This document shows positions 61,002-64,000 of a stretch of DNA of 64,000 bases, piece after piece. The translations under genes and the position numbers were made by a program. The notes under the pieces are model-generated. The model did no database searches. It was not told the DNA's origin and saw nothing but the letters and a program-made list of their open reading frames with translations. The DNA comes from Heterodontus francisci (lineage: Eukaryota), in contig NC_090380.1 of NCBI RefSeq assembly GCF_036365525.1, forward strand, positions 72,467,757-72,531,756. Direction: 5' to 3'. The stretch's first letter is position 1; every line of letters starts with the position of its first letter.

Positions 61002-61922
61002 TGTCACGAATAGATGCGAACCTCCTTGTAAATTATGTTGTGCATTCGAGTATTAATGTTAACCGCCATTTTATACAGCATGTTTTAAGTTTTTGTACTT
61101 CTGTGTTCTGATTGTCAAAATGGAGGAGAGAGGTCAGGTGGGACAGCCACTTGAGAAGAGTCTAACTTTAGGACCCAGGAAATTCTTATCTAACCTGTGT
61201 GGACCCGAAACTGTAACCATTTGTGAGTACAGCCTGTCCTCTATTATACAGCTGCCGTGTGCTAGAGACACATCTCCCTGCCAGAAGCCACAGCCTGTCT
61301 TCAAGCTGCATTGACTTTTCTCTCTAAGGCCTTTTCAACAAGAAAAATTAAAGAGAAGCCACACTTTGAAAAATCCAGCAAGAAACAAACCAACCTGAAG
61401 ACAAGCTGCAGTAATAGCAGAAAAGGTCTGATTTCTACCTGTTTCCTCTCCGACTAAAATAAGGTGACTTCAGCAATTTAGAGGTCTCCATATTACCTTT
61501 CAGAGTGCAAAGAAAAAGGAATTTGCAAGAGAAGAGAAATCTCCAACAGCTCCTCCTCTATTCGGCATTTCTAATCTGGGATCTACAATCTTTGGACTGT
61601 TTTTTTGATATTCATAGATACTAGTTTTAAATGAAATACATATTAGCTAGTAGCTAAGATAAGTTTCTATTTAATAAATGACCTTTCCTTATTTTTTATG
61701 CCTTTAACCTTTCCCTGAATGTAAGTGTGTGTGGTAAAGTTAAACCCCTTCCTGAGTTTAAGAGTGTGTTTTAAAATCCATGTTGTTGAAGCAGTCATTT
61801 ATTATTAGGCTTTAAGGGAGGGAAAAAAATTCAATCACTAATCTAGTTATGGACAGGTGGTTGAAAAAACAGGGAAATTTGATCAAAGGGAAAAAAATTA
61901 AATTAACTGTCAGTTCTTAACA
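61002..61922 (+). mobile_element. Solo LTR (921 bp)
   Basis: TGTCACGAA...TTCTTAACA termini, perfect 4-bp TSD AGAT (60998-61001 and 61923-61926), AATAAA at about 61673. Confidence 0.8.
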
Positions 61923-62440
61923 AGATAACAAAAATATTTACCAGTTTTTTTTATCATTAATCATTTTTCTGAACTTACCAATGCAAAACCTTGCATGCTG
62001 TCCTTTTTCCCCCATATATACTTTTTTCTGGCATACATTTTAATACAACAAAAGAGCTAAGGAAGTTAAGCTACCCTCTTCTACAAACTCTAACCTTCCT
62101 GGTTTGCGCAGTGTGTGAAAAGTAAGAGGGTCTCGATGAAAGAAAGTGTCAAAAAACCCTTAAAGCCTAATAATAAATGACTGCTTCAACAACATGGATT
62201 TTAAAACACACTCTTAAACTCAGGAAGGGCTGTTTCACTGCAGGAATCTGCAAAAATGAGATCAAATACAAACCTCTGCCTGTGAAACTTGAGGGATACT
62301 GCTGCTTTTGCAATCTCTGTCTCCCCCAGAGCATTGTTAAACATTATATTCAGGGTAATGATACTGGATACAAATGATACAAGCTGCCAAACACAAACGC
62401 AATGTCTTAACCACTTAGACCTCTACTTCCAAAATACTTT

Positions 62441-63168
62441 GGGCTGGATTTTCCTGGCCCTATGGAGGTGAGGGGCCCAGGAAATTGAGGGAGAGCCGTG
62501 TCGGGACAGCCCCCCGACACATTCTTGTCACTGGGGAATTTTCCCAGGGTGGTTTGAGAAGAGGATCAGCTGCTCACACCACAGAGGTAGGTAGCCAATT
62601 AAGGTGATTGAGACTCCAATGAGGGGCAATTTTGTGAGTGTGCCAGGATTTTGCTACCGGCGGAGTGGCCCCCTGCCATGTGCAGAGACCGCCAGCTCAA
62701 TGGAGGAGGCCTCCCTGCAGCAGGCTGGGAGGCCAGTAGGAGCTGGAGGCTCCATGCCCAAATGGTGGGACCTCAAGCACAAAAGACCACAATTGCGGCC
62801 GATCCTGATTAAGCAGAGGGTTTCCCGATGGACCTGTCAGCTTCGATCTTGTTAATTTTTGCACTACAGTGCAGGCCAGTGGAGGGTGCCTCCATCTTGG
62901 GGGACCTTCACGGTCTTCAACCTGCTGTAGCTACGCCCAACTCTCCCGGTGGGGTTGCTGATGCTGCAGAGCTGCCGTCCCTCTTACAGGGCTGGCAATA
63001 TCAAGAGCCTGCCCACCGTCTTTAATAGGACAGTGAGCCCAGAGGCAGCCAATTAGGAGGAGACCTCCTGGAAGATTGCTGAGCAGGTCTCGCTGTCGAC
63101 TAGTGTGTGCTCGGGGCCGCCATTTGGTCCCAACATTGAGGACCCGATGCCCATGGGAAAATCCATTG
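62441..63168. mobile_element. Harbinger-family MITE
   Basis: Termini gggctggattttcc and ggaaaatcca; internal ccaatt motifs as in the other copies. Confidence 0.78.
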
Positions 63169-63764
63169 TTTCGTTGAATTACTCCAAATGGTTCCTGAGG
63201 AGGTTTCAATGATAAAAATATTATTTTTATAATTTTATAAAATAAAGCACAACAGTTGCTAAATGTGGCAGTAAGCCACATGTATATTGATGAATGGGGA
63301 TACTCCAGGTATGATGTCCGGTCTGCACTGAGTTAATTGATTTTAGCTACAATTGAAGCTAAAACACTGTAATTCTCTTCAATGTGCCCAAGCAAGGCTG
63401 GGAAAGAACATCGGATGATATTAACTGACTGTCCAGTAACTCCTGTGGGACAGGGATTTTGTGTGTGTTTGCTGAGAGATGACAGGATTGGATTTGGCAT
63501 TGATGGTTTTAAGCTTGAATAGATGGACAATCTGGATGAGATACTGACGAAATATCAGTTTCCCACGGAACTAGACCCCAGCAAAGGCTGGTGCTTTCAA
63601 GAGAAACTTGACAATTTCTCATTTCTCAAAGTCGTAGAGTGGCAATATCAACCTTAGTACTTAGACCTGTGTCACTTTTCTTGCATCTATGTCAGGAATT
63701 TCCTCAGGGTGCTTCAATTTTCAGCTATTATAGCCAGTTTCCGGTGGCGAGAGAAACACTTGGA

Positions 63765-63815
63765 GGAAGAGAAGCAGCAGCAGCAGTCTCAACAACAAAC
63801 AGCAGCAGCAGCAGC
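63765..63815. repeat. Imperfect (CAG/CAA) trinucleotide repeat
   Basis: gaagcagcagcagcagtctcaacaacaaacagcagcagcagcagcg. Confidence 0.7.
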
Positions 63816-63897
63816 GGTTGCTTCTATTAGAAGATAGCAGCTGAGGGAGCTGCTGGTAGAAAGCCATACCCAGCACACAAGACTCCATTCCAGTACT

Positions 63898-64000
63898 GTT
63901 TAGTTTAGAGATACAGCACTGAAACAGGCCCTTCAGCCCACCGAGTCTGTGCCGCCCATCAACCACCCATACTAACGCTATACTAATTCCATATACCACA
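63898..64000 (-). mobile_element. HE1-type SINE 3' end (cut by window edge)
   Basis: tttagtttagagatacagcactgaaacaggcccttcagcccaccgagtctgtgcc. Confidence 0.88.

Overview
Vertebrate genomic DNA, almost certainly from a shark or other elasmobranch, judged from HE1-type V-SINEs, DeuSINEs, CR1/L2 LINEs and Harbinger derivatives. The only host gene I can support is the 3' half of IGSF3 (EWI-family Ig-superfamily receptor) on the + strand. It has four symmetric phase-1 V-set Ig exons (650-1051, 23339-23746, 33396-33806, 37512-37934), matching Ig domains 5-8, and a terminal TM/cytoplasmic exon (45625-45875). The 3' UTR may run to about 57650. Introns and downstream DNA are dense with transposons: nested CR1 LINEs, L2s, at least four SINE families, solo LTRs, Penelope termini, two decayed Harbinger elements, many Harbinger MITEs and two C-rich minisatellites. 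I see no evidence for a new multi-gene system. The most notable observations are mechanistic: a twin-priming-type 5' inversion in a CR1 LINE, a ~110-bp locally templated transposase insertion, minisatellites seeded from a shared transposon-like motif, possible secreted IGSF3 isoforms, and unusually high similarity between IGSF3 exon ends. Repeat boundaries were read by eye and are approximate. Comparisons with human IGSF3 rely on my recollection of that protein.
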